NCBI GenBank assembly: GCA_013239625.1
Contig: MU054323.1
Span: 14,574,029-14,638,028, forward strand
Direction of reading: 5' to 3'
DNA: 64,000 nucleotides
Source of the DNA: Lama guanicoe
Lineage: Eukaryota
This document shows positions 36,776 through 51,134 of the stretch, in pieces (the first letter of the stretch is position 1; every line of letters begins with the position of its first letter). The position numbers and the translations under genes were made by a program. Under the pieces are notes generated by a model. The model ran no database searches and was not told the origin of the DNA. It worked only from the letters and a program-made list of their open reading frames with translations.

Positions 36776-39234
36776 TTCAACACTCTATAATAAGTGTTGA
36801 ATAAATGAATGAATTATAAGCACAGGTGCATTTAAGTGTCCCACAGTTTTCTGCATGCATTTGACTCTTTTCCCATGTTTCTGCTTCCCCCATATTGAAA
36901 TAATAGTCATAGCTAATGATGTGGGGGTGGGTCTTCAATGTACTTGACCGATATGATTTACTCTGATAAGTTACAGCAAATCAACATGGCCATGGGGAGT
37001 TATTTTCACTAGAAGAAGTGCAGCCTCCCTCCCTCGTGTTGTAAAAGAAGTATCAGAATATGTGGAGCCATAATAAAATTTAACCCTTCCCTCCTCAAGT
37101 GATCCCAGTATGCTTTACTGATTAGACCTTGAGCTCCCTAAAATGAGCCTAATTAATTCTTCAGTTCTGTTCCGAGAGTCTTTTTATAAGCTGCTATTAT
37201 AACACTTAGTACATTGTTTTAAACTTAATTGCTTATACATATATCTCATCTATAGCACAGGAGCTCTTCCAAAGCAAAGCCATCTTAATCATTCAGGAGA
37301 TTTATCAGGATGCTTGGCACAGAGTTCCCATTAAGTAAATGTTTGTCAAATTAAATGGATGATTTGTCAGTTCCAGATTTTCTCTACACCTGCCGTAACA
37401 CTGAACACAGAAATACAGTGGAGAAAGTTCTTTTAGCTTTCATCCAAGGACTTCTTGAAATACAACATTTAGTTGAGGAACATTTAAAAATCATCCCTTT
37501 TGTGTTTTCACTAAATTAAGAGTCTTAATAAAATAAATCTCACATTGAATTAGCACACAATAATTTACTGTTTTATTTTGATACTTGGAATTTTGAAATA
37601 CAGTATCGTCAGGCTGTGGCCCCTGAACAAGCTTCACAATGCTCTGGGTTTTTTTAAAAGAGAATGCACTGCCTGCCGTTTCTTTCTGCTCTACTAATAG
37701 GGTCTTAATCAGAGAGATCAGTTGAGCACACCCTTCATTATATTTAGTTCTGCATGTAATATATCTGGCAGATTGATGATAGGAACAAAGGCAAACTATA
37801 TTAAAGAAAAAACTTGGCTGAATTTTTTTCTTTGCCATTATGTGACTTCTGGAAATATTTTTTAGATGCCGGAGGTTCAGATTCAGGCTAGCATACAGAA
37901 AGTTCTCTCACCGAACAGATGCACAGATGTACTTTCTAATAGATAAATATTCTCTTCTCACATTTTACTAAAAGCCACTCATTCTGAGTATGCTTTTCTG
38001 CAGATACATCTTCCTTGATGCCACGCTACCTAAATAATGGGGGATTAAAAACATTTTGAAGAATATATTCATATCTCTCTGAAACAGTAAAATCATGAGC
38101 AATTGTATTGTTTTTCTATTGCTCATGATGTGTGATTGACACTTTAGAACTAAAATGACAAAAAAGCATTAAATTCTTATATTAGTAAGAAATACATCTT
38201 TTCTCTTGGTGTCAAGGAGTCAAATATTGAAGGCTCAAAGCAACAGCCATTCACCTGGGAAAGTTTTGGTTATCTGTTCCTAGATGATTCACTGTGCAGC
38301 AACAGATTTAAATTTAAATCTGGACTTCTGACCAATATGTTATATTGAACAGAATGGAAAACACTTTCTGGGTCTAAATCATAGAAAATTCTGAATCATA
38401 ACACATTTAAAATATTTAAAATGTATCTCTTAGCCCAAAGGAAGGGAAATGCCTAAGTATCCTAAAAACAAAACAAAGCCACAACAACAAAAAGCACCTC
38501 ATAATCATTTTGTTAACAAGGAATCAAAAGTGAGCAGCTGATAAGGTACCATAACCAGATATATAACTTGTAAGTTGAAGTGGAAACAGATACAAAAGAA
38601 GAGTAAAGGACAATGTACATTACTCAGCAAGAATAGGGATCCCAGTCTGAAGCTGGATTTCAGGAAATGATGACCTCATTATATAAATGCTACTCTACAT
38701 CTGAGTTATGGAAGTAAGGAGAAATTAAGTCATGAATAATTGATATCCTGAAACTAAAGTACAGTTTCAAGGATCAACTTTGTGCAAAGCATATAGTACA
38801 GAAACTTTAAATCTGGAACTCTCATATACAGTCTATTTCAGAAAGAGCAAGCCCAGAAGGACAGAGATAGAGGTAACCAGGAAATACTGCTCTGGAAGAC
38901 ATCCACACACACCACCCACATGGGACTCCTGAGATGTAACTTTATGGAATTTAAACTCTCTGACCACAACTATGTGTAACCAGAGGACATATGAGAAAGT
39001 TCAATGCTAAAGTAGACAACCATAAATTGAATAACTGGGAGGATTTATGATTGGGAATTAGAGTAATCTGAGAGGGACTTCAAAGTAAACATTTGATATG
39101 GTGATTCCTAGTTAACAAAGAACTAAAGGGGTTAGTAATAGCTTTAAAATATAAAGGGCAAATTATGTAGAAAGATCAGGCAATTCTGTAAATCAACAAG
39201 TAGAAATCTTAAGAGGATTACTCATTATATGACA

Positions 39235-39370
39235 TCAGATGTGTTACTTGAATCTCTCTCCCTCGGTTTCCCCATCTGCAATGTAGGATAACTCAGGGAG
39301 TTGATGTGGGACTTAATACAGTTAAAGCACTTAGAGCAACATAGTCAATCATTACGTATTAGTACTTATT
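39235..39370 (+). mobile_element. MIR SINE fragment
   Basis: gttacttgaatctctctccctcggtttccccatctgcaatgtaggataa (MIR core). Confidence 0.7.
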
Positions 39371-40556
39371 GCCCTTAGAGATGATGGCGTATCTGTAAAA
39401 TATGAAGAAGTTAAAAAATTAGCAATTAAAAAAGTCCTTGTTTGTTTATATTAAAACATTCTAATAGAAAGTTGGAAATCAGAAAACCAGTAAGGTTGAA
39501 GGTCAATATAACAATATTGCATATAAGTATAGCAAATTTCAGAGAAATTAAAACAAACAGGCTTAGAATTGAAAAACACAAGAGAAAGTTTAAGATACAC
39601 AGGATTAATTTCACAAATGCTGGGGATATTCCTAAGTACAGAGATAAAAAAAGAAGACTTAATAAAGAAATATTATTTTTTCTGATTAAAAAAATTATAC
39701 TCAGTCTTAAAGATGATTAATAAAATAAATGTACAACTAAACTGCAGATTATCAAGAATTTTCAAAATTCCATGAAAAAAAGAGGGCACTTACAAAGGAA
39801 CAGATATTAAACTTTTCATCTGCAACACTACATATGAGAGACAATGAGAAAATGTCTTCACTTGATGAAATCAAAATATTAATAAATATATTTTAAAAAC
39901 AGAATGTCGATCTAAACGATGTAAAATCTAGTTTTAAGTTAATCTAAGCAGTGCCTCATCAGCATGGAAATACGGCTAGTCACCTCTGTGGAATTTATTT
40001 GGTCCTGGACTGCATATCTAACTAGGCACTGAGGGTTAAAAGGTTTTGATGTGGTCATTGGAGGTAACGGTATCAGAACATGCCCTAAAATGGAACATTC
40101 TTGGACATCAGTGTTTGATGAGCTCCATTTTTCTGAGAGCTAAGTTCAAAATCAGAAACAGTAAACAAGTGTTCCCATCACTGAGTACAAAATAACAACG
40201 ATATTAAATAGTATGAAGGGAAAAGATGAACTGCTATTAATATGCAGGGCAGGGAAACCTGTAGCCTGGGAGTCAAAGAAGGTCAGAGACTGAGAATGTG
40301 CAACTGTTAATTATGTGGGATTAAATGTGAAAGAGAGTTAGAGTTCTGTATAATAAGATGAATCCCAAATAAAGAAAGGGATACTTCCATTATTTACCTA
40401 AAATATGTTATAATAAAAATGCATAATAAATTAATGCCAAAATTAACTTAATTCACCTGTAATATAGGCTAACTTAGTCCTATGTATTCCCATGTTGGCA
40501 CTTTAACCTTTATATATTGATTTCAAAACGTGGCTTTATATACTTGAAATAATGAC

Positions 40557-40560
<4 letters not shown>

Positions 40561-40623
<63 letters not shown>
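40561..40623. repeat. (ATT)21 perfect microsatellite
   Basis: Direct reading. Confidence 0.97.
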
Positions 40624-43600
40624 TAACAACATGTCAAGAATGAACATTCTTTCCTTCATAAAATAAGGCTGGTAGAAAAGATTTTATGAAAATTCTTTGA
40701 ACATAATAAGCTATCTTATTCTTGTTCCCTAACTTCTCATCTCAGATTAGCTATCAAAACATCTAAGCAATATGATACCAATTTCTTCCCCCCAATGATT
40801 TCAGCATCTTAATCTTGATATTATTTGAATAAAGTTGTCCCCAGGTTTTCATTATCAATTAATGGTGAGAAGATAGGTTATTTCCCTTTTCTTTTAAGCC
40901 AGAAAGTCTCTTCCATAGGGTAGTAATTAAAGATTTCTTGACAAAAGTTAATGGAGAAGAAAAACACTACAATGGTTTCACCACTATTTTATTCTAATGT
41001 GAGGTTTCCATCTTACAATTTAAGTAATCTAATAAGCACAAAAAAATAACCATTTGAACAAATTTCACTCGGGTGAAGCATAAGGCTTAGAGTATGTTAA
41101 AATCATTTTTCTTTAGGGGTTCTTTAGGAGGTTAATTTTTCTTCAGGGTTCTGGGGTTTTAATGTATTGAGAAGTCATTTTTGTGTTTTTTTGGTTTGTT
41201 TATTTTCTTTTTGGATGGTAGAGATTTTTTTCAATCAAAAAAAAAAGATAAGAGTAATACACACAAAAAATGGAATTTGGTTGGGGAAGGCTCTTACTAA
41301 GTGTACCTGTAGTGTTATACTAGACTTCACACTCTACAGGTTGCACTATAGCTATACAGTAATTGCAGTCTGTGAGCATTCAGAACCAAGTATCACCTGT
41401 GTTCCAAGATAAAGGCAGGACTAAGCACGCTAGATATGGTAAAGACCTATCACACTTTGGAAAGGTTCTTACCTTCACACACCCAATCCAATTTCACAAT
41501 ATATTTCAGTAGGCAATGAGTTAAATATAAGCCAGTTATGAATGTGTACAAAAGAGAATAGTCACACTTCTTTTCTTACTTTAGAAACTGATTTCATTAA
41601 AATGTCATCATAGATGATCCAAAGAATCCTCGAGGACAGGGGAGAGTTGGGGAGTAAGTAACAACATGCTCTGAGGATATATCATCTTGGAAACTCCTGC
41701 GACAAACTCCTTTTCTACCACTGATTTTTCTTTATGCATTTACACAGTGTGTAGAGTGTATATAACTAGCTAGCATAAATTAGAGGGGACACTTTTCTGC
41801 TTTGATGGGAAATTGTGTGGACTTCAATGATGCTCACCAAATTTCTTCCTCATCTGAAAGGAAAGTCTAGCCCAATATTTTTAATACTAATTAGCACAAT
41901 TTCAAGAAACAACCAGTTATTTTTCCCAGTCATTCACTCACAAATTATGTAAGCAAATATGGAGGAATGAATTAAAATGTTGGAAGGTAGAGACTGCTCT
42001 CAGGTGAACAGTGTTCAACTGAGTCCATGCAACTCTGGTTTTATGAGATGAGTGGGATATGATGGAGGAAATCGGAGAATTGCCACCTGGTCAATCTCTC
42101 ATAAGTGTAAGTAGATAGAGTCACACGAAGGTGAATTTGAGAACTCTTAGGGAGCAATTTTAAGGAGAATTTTTAAAGGTGATTTAAAAAATTGTCTACA
42201 TACTTCTGGAGCTATCAATTTTACCTACCAATTTCAGACCACGCTATCTTAGCCAGCATCCCTAAGTCATACTAAATTTGTTGCCAGAAAGCTGAGAATC
42301 AATGATATCTCCCACCTCTGGTGGATTTATAGGAATTTACAGCATGTATCTGGTGCTTTAATCTCATGTTCCACCTCCACTGTATGTTGCTACAGCTACT
42401 TAATTACATCATATTAAAGTGAAATTTGTATTTATATAAGATGCCTTAAGTCTTTTCTGAAAAAGTTATTTAAAATCCTAATATGACATAAAGTCTTAAA
42501 AATCCTCACAGTGAAATTTATTTGAAAGTACTTGTATTACATAAGATATATTTAAGCTGATTTAAAGCAATGTCTATGTTTTCTTCACCATAGTATACTG
42601 AATACCTAACAGAGTGCCTGACACATGGCACACGTTTAATTAATTATTCTTTTTGCTCAATTATTGACCTGCCACTAGGTACAACATACTATGCTGAGAA
42701 TACTTTGATTTTAAAAAATACACTATAAATATAATAATATGCTCAGTGTGGTGGCCATGATTGTAAAAGGAACAAGGAATATCTGAGCAAAAAAATCCAT
42801 TTATTTTTTTCTTTTGTCCTACTCAATTTTCAGGTGTTCATTTTTAAGTATGTTTGGGATATCAACCATTTTTATATCAAACCTTTCCTCAAAAATACTT
42901 TATAATTTAAATACAATCCACTTGAATTTATGTATTTCTTTCCTTTTAGGTCCAACTCTTTTGAATTATCTACTAGAATATTCTTAAGGCAATTAAAGGG
43001 ATCCATGCTACAGGATTTAAGCCAACAAATCAGTCAGCAGTTTTTGGTCACCTCATAAAGCAGTTAAGTATTACATCCAGTCCATGTATTTGATATTTCA
43101 CATGCCTTCATAATAGAGCTATGAATTTTCTGATTTGCAAGCCAGTTGACAGAGTTAATACCCCAAAGGGCTACTGCAGTGTTAAGCTCCTAAAATTGTT
43201 TTAGACTCACTCATAAATTAGACTATAGCCCAATCATGTACGACTTTATCCTTGTGCCCCTTGGAAAAGCATGAGCTCAGTGTTCCAGAAACAACACTCT
43301 TTAGAAGAGTAGCCTGTTGGATCTATTTATCTTTTTTTTTTAAGCTTTTGATGCTGACTAAATATTTAGGTTTCCCATAACATGCTGTAAGTTACACAAG
43401 CAACAATAAGATACTGCTTGAAGTATTATTTTTGAAATTGGTGCTTTAATATTAGCAGAGCCTAACACAGTTCAGGACACATATGAAGTATTCACAATAT
43501 GGGAGTAGAAGGCTGAGTAACTGATCTGTCCATGGTCATTTGCACTGCTTGGTTAGAGTAAGGTCTGTCTTTGCAAATAGGCCTAAAGTTCCTTATACTG

Positions 43601-46363
43601 TGAGTAAACCATATAAAGATTTTGACCAAAAATTATCCCTCCTAAGGAAAAGGAATCCCTAAAAATGTAAAGTATGATGAAGTACTTTTTGTTTTTAATC
43701 TTCATGTTCTACTCATAAGCTTGTGTTATGCAGTATATTTTTTGTGGTTTGCTAAAAATCAGCTCTGTGTCTGACACGAAGTTTGTTCCTGAATTAGCAT
43801 GCCTAAGTTAAGTAAGTAAGGTTACTGATGTGATAGAAAAAATAAAGGAACACATAACTTGTACATCATTGTTTCCTACATTTAAAAACATCCTGTCCCA
43901 GAGTAATTTTAATAGGACTTCTAAGGAAATGTTTCTTTACTTAAAAAAATTTAAGATGAAGAAGAATATGAAAATACGCATCCCTCTATCCATCTACACA
44001 CATATGCACACACATAATTACAGTAGAAAGAACGGCACAGCCTGGTCCAGCTCACTTCTCCTCCCCTCCCCTGCCTCCATGTCCAACTGGAATAGCCAAC
44101 TCTGAGCTGTTCACATGCTGCATCCTAATTAGCAAATCCTAAAGATAGCTGTTAGCTCTCAATCCACTTGAGAAATCTTCAGTTTGGTTTTACTGATTGG
44201 TCCCCACTACCACCCACACACTTTCTTCTGGAAGAGCTCCCTCTTGATGTGTTTCTCTAACACTGTGGTCTTTCCAACTCATCCCCTTGTATCTTACCAG
44301 GAAATTTTCTTCCCATGAGAGTCTAGTCCTGACTCAAATTGATTTCCCTTAGAAGTAGATCTTCCTCTTCTTTCTCTTCAACTCAACTCACTTCTCACTG
44401 CTCCACTTTTCCATCTGCTTTTCTCTCCTCTTCTAAGCTACTTCCTCTGGAAGCTTTCCATTCACTGACACCAACAGTTTTGACTGCTACCTACTAGAGT
44501 CTTAGAGACTCCAATAAACAGCACCCTTCCTCTCTTGATGAATTCTAATCATGCAGAGAAAACTGAGACTTAGATGAGTGGAAATAAAAACATCATATTT
44601 ATATTCTTGAAAAGGCCAATGTCTTTAAGTGTGACAAAGATTTGGAAATGTGGACTGTCAAATAGTAAAACCCAATAAAACAGGAGCTACTCACACATTC
44701 ATTGGCAGCAGTGGACCACTGTGGCCTGCTCTGTGGAAATATTTTTTCCCAAAGCATATCACAGGACAATGAACATTCAAGAGTAAATGCTTTCTGTGGA
44801 TAGGATGACCCCCAAGATAAAGGAGAATGAAAGATGCTGAGTTTCACATATCCAGTTTGTCTTTTCAAATAATCAGATATAAATGAGAAGATGAGTTGAT
44901 GGAAGGGTATTCCAGAAGAGATATCCTTCCACTGAGAGAAAAAAAACCCTTTCCCCACCCTAAATTCAATGAGCACTCTTAAATCTATATATTCAATGTC
45001 ATTCTATATTCTGAGATGCAGTCCTATGTATTCCACAGACTGAAGGATATTTTTACTCAACACTCTAATAGAACCTTTAAATGCAGTATGTTAAAAGTTG
45101 AACTTACTATAATCTACCATCAGCCTGCTTTCTTGTACCCCCATCACAAGGAATGAAATAAGTCAATCAGTTTTCCACAGACAGAAAATAATAGTCCTTT
45201 TCTTCATTTTCCGTAAGTACCTTGCCAATAAAGTCTGTCATGTCTTTTTCCCATCTCTTGATCTGAACCAGCTTCTTCAGTACTTTCTATCATTGGCTTA
45301 TTCAAGTTGTCTTAATTTCTTATCTATACACACGGCATCTAAAAATGGTCTCTATCTCTGTCTAGCTATTCTAAAAAGCTTTCTGTGAAATGTACTCAAA
45401 ATTGGCATTTTCAAAACAAAAATATAAATATAATACTATTATGGTGGGTTGATAATGACAGCTTCCATTTACTCTGTACTTACTTTTTGTCAGACACAAT
45501 CTAATATAGATTGTTACTGATCACGCACACACACACAATGATATAGGTAAAAGTATTATTCCTGCTTTAAAGGTGAACAAGTTGTTATTTGCCCAGGGTC
45601 ACACCCTAAGTAGCAGAAACAGAAATCTGACCCCAGAGACTGTACTTTGTTAGGCCATGCGGCCTTATTTTAGAAGAACAACTGAGTAATCACTTTCTTG
45701 AATAAAGTTTTTAGGTGCCTCCCCTTTGCCCTTAAAAATAATATCGAAACACTCCTTGGCCCTAAAGACCTTGTAATCTTACTAATACTGTCCATCCCTC
45801 TTACCATCTCTTCCCACTAAATGTCTCACAGTGCACTTTCAGTATGGCACCATGTTAATACTGCTTCCATGGTTTCACTCATGCTGTTCTCTCTACTTTG
45901 AAAATCCTTATAAGGCTTCTCTGATTGAATAACATAGGGGGTTCCTGAAATTCTCCATAGTTAACCCTAACTTCCTCCCCTCTAACCAGTGAGAAATGAT
46001 TTATCTTATTTTCATATGCTATGATATGAATGTACCACATTTAGTAATGGATTGGGTCACTGTTGATTTTGGAAGATGTTTGGAGATAAAGCTTACCTGC
46101 TACCACCCTACTCCCATCTCAAGCGTGCTCTCTTACTCTTTGGTGCTCTCTTCTTTTGTTTTCTCCCTATACCTTGTGACTAGTATAGTAAGATCTTAGC
46201 AGCCTAACACACCTAAGACCATCCTGTGTCCTCTTCTCTTCCTGCTTTGCTTAAGTTTGCTTCCATGTATTTCCATCACTGGTCTCCAAAAGTGATACGA
46301 GAATTATACTGAATTCAGAGAACCAGAATTTAAATTTTTGCTTTGCAATTTATTAATCAAAAA

Positions 46364-46850
46364 TAGGCATACCTCAGAGATACTGCAGGTTTGGTTCCAG
46401 ACTGCCCCAGTAAAGCAGATATTGCAATAAAGCAAGTTACACAATGTTCTTGGTTTCCCAGGGCATGTAAAAGTTATGTTTATATTATACTATAGTTTAT
46501 TAAATGTACAATAGCATTATGTCTAAAAAACAATGTATATACCTTAGATAAAAATACTTTACTGGTAAAAAAAAATGCTAAACATCATCTGAGCCTTCAG
46601 TAAGTCATAGTAGTAACATCAAAGGTCACAGATCACAGATCACCATAGCAAATATAAAAATAAAGAGAAAGTTTGAAATATTGCAAGAATTACCAAAATA
46701 TGACACAGGGACACAAAGTGAGCACAGACTGTTGGAAAATGGTGCTGATAGACTTGCTCAACTCAGATTTGCAGCAAACATTCAATTTGTAAAAAATAAA
46801 ATACCTGTGAAGTGCAATAATGTGAAGCACAATAAAATGAGCTATGCCTA
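46364..46850 (-). mobile_element. Internally deleted Tigger1 derivative (Tigger1a-like) with both TIRs, nested in a MIR
   Basis: Ends taggcatacctc...gagctatgccta match the Tigger1 TIR caggcatacctc. MIR-like sequence on both sides (~46310-46360, ~46855-47010). Confidence 0.85.
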
Positions 46851-47364
46851 CAGATGTGTACACCATCTAGTTTCCAGACCTTCAGCTTTCTCACTGCAGA
46901 ATGTTCACAGAAATAATTCTACCCTACATAGGTATTCTGAAAATTCAATGAGATAGTATATTTAAAAGCAAACAGCACATTGCCTGGCCTATGAAAGGAA
47001 CATGATTTATGAAAATTGCAAGCAAACATGTAAAATACACACATATGTATACAGTACTGTGTATAAAATGATTCAAAATGATTTTGTGAATTGCTGAAAT
47101 AATTAAGAAATTATCAGTCAAGATCAATTTGGGATCTATTCCATCATGTTTGTTCTCAAAATACTGGAAATCTAATTGTGGTAATGCCCTTTATGTGATG
47201 GAGTAATACTGCAAATGACTTTGACTAGAACAGTGATACTTCATAAGTGGTAACATTATTCTTAATAATCTTTCTCAAAAAAATGGTTTGCTGTCTTATC
47301 ATTTTGTTTCTGGAGGCAGTTACATTTGAAGAGAAGAAGAAAGAAACAGAATTTGTATTCAGGC

Positions 47365-47565
47365 CAGCCTTTCTCATACACGGCACTATCTGCACTTGGG
47401 GCCAGATAACTTTTTGTTGTGGGGATTAACTTTGCCTTGTAGGATATTTAGTAGCTTCTGTAGGCTCTACCAGGGGATTACGGTACCAGCTGACTCTCCT
47501 AGTTGCAGTAATGACAACCTAAAATGTCTCCAGACATAGCCAAATATCCAGTTGATAGCCACTGA
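47365..47565 (+). mobile_element. MER20 DNA transposon
   Basis: ggcactat...ggggccagataactttttgttgtgggg...tgacaacctaaaatgtctccagacatagccaaat. Confidence 0.85.
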
Positions 47566-48780
47566 TTTAGATCAATCCAAGATAACTAACAGGTGCCCCT
47601 CATAAAGGAATTTGGGGCCATTCTTGATAAATGTCAAAGTGCTGCCGACTTGGAGGTCAAGTTAATAGTGTGGTGACTGCGTCACTGTTAACATGCTCCG
47701 GAAGACTTTGGCTGTTTTCTATTTCCTTTCTTATTATATAACCGCATGATGGCAATATGCTCTCATGCCCTAATCAACTTCATATCTATGTATGCTGTGC
47801 TGAGTAAGCTGTTCCTAAACTTAAAGGGATAATGTGAAAGGGATAGAGATGCCTTCTTTATCTTAGGTAAGTAAAACATATTAGCTCTTAAAGATCCATG
47901 GATGGGACACCTCCATCCAGTCAGTGGAATTTTCACAAGGCCACTCATGGCAAAACATCATTTAAAAATGAATAAAACATATGCAACTAAAAGACAAAGA
48001 CCTTTTCAAATAAGCACTGGCACTCTCTCTTTTTTCTTTGGGAAACTGTCACATGAATTCAGCACAGAGCAGGATAAGTTTTAATAATTAATCACACCCA
48101 GGTAGGCACTGTATTGGCAAACTTTATTGACACATAAATCCTAGTTCTCATAGCTATTTTTGGGAAAAAGCTGCTTTAGAATAAAACCATTCCATGTTTT
48201 CCCATGAAAGTAGTGCACATATGTGTGCAAACCTACATGTCTGTAAACATTCCCTCTCTTCTCCTCCCTCCCTCTTCCTTGACTCTGATTTCTCTTTAAT
48301 TTCTCACTTGACTGTAACTATTCTTGTGGTTGCCTGAAAGACTAACACAATTGTGGACTACATCGATAGAAATATAAAGTCTGGTCTATAGGGGAGGGTA
48401 TATCTACTGCTTGGTGTCAGTCAGCACACAGCTGTGTCGAGGAATTCTTAAAGAGTAATAATAATAATGAATCTCAGAGTTATAATGACCTCTTCCCTTA
48501 GTGCCAAATTTGCTTTTTAAAATGTCTGTCTTTCTATTCTTCAGGATTAGCAGTATTTCAGCTCCCTTTCTTATTTCTTTAGGTAATGTTAAACCTCCAA
48601 CTTTCATTATTATATACTAAATTGAACCATCCTGTTATGAACTTTATTTCACTATTTTCTCAGATTTTTAAAATCTTTCTCTTAATTATTATATAGGATT
48701 TGTATAATTTTAATTCTAATCTAATTATCCTGAAAATTTTGGAGAACTCAAGACAAGCCCAAGACAAATGAAAATGTGAG

Positions 48781-48784
<4 letters not shown>

Positions 48785-48815
<31 letters not shown>
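48785..48815. repeat. (CA)n microsatellite
   Basis: Direct reading. Confidence 0.95.
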
Positions 48816-48818
<3 letters not shown>

Positions 48819-49019
48819 TTGCTCTTCCCAGGCTTCCATCAGTTCAACATTATCTTTCTGATCCTCAGCATCAGGATGACTGCTCAAGCTCAAGCCAATT
48901 TCCAACCAATTGGAGAAGAAAAAGAAAAATCTATTTTTAAGGAGAAATCCCTGAAATCTAATTTCAGTGGCAAGTCATTAGTCTCTTGAACATTTAACAA
49001 GAGTAAGTGAGGTGAGTAG

Positions 49020-50960
49020 ACTTATCAAAAAAAGAAAAAATATATGGGATTAAAATTTTAGACATGCCCTAACTGAAACTATAGAAACAACAAAACTCAA
49101 CCCTAGCTCAGCTCCTAATTAGACTGTCAACTAATGGCCTGACAGAAAAAGAGACATTTTAATTTTCAAGCATATATACTATTTAAGCTTAGTCTATGTT
49201 GTTCTACACATGATGTCCAACATTTAATAAAAAATTGAAGACACAAGAAAATCAAGGAAAACAATCTGTTGTCAAGAGACAAAAAACCAGCAGAACCATA
49301 CTCATAGATGACCAGGATATTAGAAATTTAAGCCAAGGACTTGAAATAATTATGGTATGATATGTTAAAGGATATAGTGAAAAGGGTAGATTACCTGAAT
49401 TAGCAGACAGCGATTTTTAACAAAAAGATAAAAAATAGGAAAAAAAAAGGATTCAAATAGAAATGCTAGAAATAGAAAAGCATGATATGAGATGAAGAAT
49501 TTCTTTGATGAACTCATCAGTAGACTTAAGAAATCAGTGAAGTTGAAAATAAGTCAAAGAAATCAATAAAATTGCAGAATGTATATATATAATATGTATA
49601 ATTAAATCACTATGCTGTACACCAGAAACTAACACAACATTGTAAATGAACTATACTTCAATTTTAAAAAAAGTCAACAGAACTGGATCCAAAGGAAACA
49701 ACAAAAACCGAGAACAGAGAGCTATGGATTGTGGGACGATTTCAAATGACTGAACACAGGATTAATGGAGCTCCAGAGAAAGAGCAGATACATGTGTTCA
49801 TTTTATTACATAAAACATAATGGGAAGGAATTTTCTAAAATAATGAAAGCTATCAAATCACAAAACCAACAAGCTCAAGAGCACCAAACAAGAAAAAGTA
49901 AAATAAAATGTATCTAGACACGCCATGTTTAAACTGCTACAAACCAAAGATAAAGGAAAGATCTTGAAAGCTGACAAAGAAAAAAAAAAGTAACAATTAC
50001 ACAGAGAATAACTAACCTAAGAATTAAAGCACATGTCTTGTCAGAAAATATGTTAATTATAAGAAAATATGTGGTGCCTTTCAAAATCTTCAAAATGAAG
50101 AAAAACAAACCTGTTAACCCAGATTCTAAACCCAGTAAAAATATACTTAAAAATTAAGGTGAAATAAACACTTTTTTAGAAAACACAAGAGAAGAGAATT
50201 CATATTAGGATACTTGTGCTAAAATAATCATTAAAGCAACTATTTGAAAAACCAGAAAACGACACCAGAGCAAAACCTGAATTGCCATAAAGAAATGAGG
50301 AAATACATGAGTGAGAAAAGTCAATACAGATATAAACATTTTTTCATTTTTTAATTAATCTAAAAGATAGTCATCAAAACCAGAAATAGTAGAAATATAT
50401 TGTGAGAGAAGTATGTTGTGAGGGAGTTTTAATATGTATAAAAGTGAAACAGGACAATAGCGTGAAGGATGGGAAGGAAGAATCTGGATATACTGCAAAG
50501 CAATCACAGTAATCATGAAGTCATTTAACTTTATCTGAAGGTAGATTGTAATAAATTATACTGCAAGCTCTAAGGAAACTGCTAAAAACTAGAAAAAGAC
50601 AATTAATAAACTAATAGTGGGAATTCAATGGAATAATAAGTAATGTACAGTTAATTCAAAATTAGGCAAAAACAAGAAGAAAAAAACACAAAGAATAGAT
50701 GAATGAATAGTAAAAGAAAAAATATGCAAGACTATATAGATTTAAATCAACCACATGGACAATTACATTAATAGTAAATCACCTTAAAAAAACAGTAAAG
50801 AAACAGCAATTACAGATTGGATAGAAAATCAAGACCCCCAAGACCCGGCCACATTCTACTATAAGTGCAATTTAAACACGTAGGCATAGATAGAGAAATA
50901 TTAAAAAAATTTACAATGTATATAATGTAAAAAGAGAAAAATAAAGCTTATGTCTGCTAT
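49020..50960 (+). mobile_element. Old L1 (L1M-type) 5' region/ORF1/start of ORF2, with a younger L1 3' tail inserted at ~49575-49672
   Basis: ctttgatgaactcatcagtagact, aaagataaaggaaagatcttgaaagc, aattacattaatagtaaat; the insert reads gctgtacaccagaaactaacacaacattgtaaat. Confidence 0.75.
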
Positions 50961-50963
50961 AGC

Positions 50964-51134
50964 TTTTTTTTTCTTTTTACACTTTTTTTTTAGTCTTGTT
51001 TTTGTGTGTGTTACTTTTAGGGAGGGTGGTAATTAGGTTTATATATTTGTTTGTTTATTTAATGGAGGCTCTGGGTTTGAATCCAGGATCTTGTGCATGC
51101 TAAGCGCGTACTCTACCACTGAGCTATATCCCCC
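50964..51134 (-). mobile_element. tRNA-Ala-derived SINE of camelid Vic-1 type
   Basis: Minus strand gggggatatagctcagtggtagagtacgcgcttagcatgcacaagatcctggattcaaaccc (A box TAGCTCAGTGG, B box-like GGATTCAAACC), then aaacctaattacc and an A-rich tail. Confidence 0.85.

Noticed and set aside
51060..51134. tRNA-Ala gene
   Set aside because: Degenerate stems and an attached SINE body with A-rich tail show it is a SINE head.
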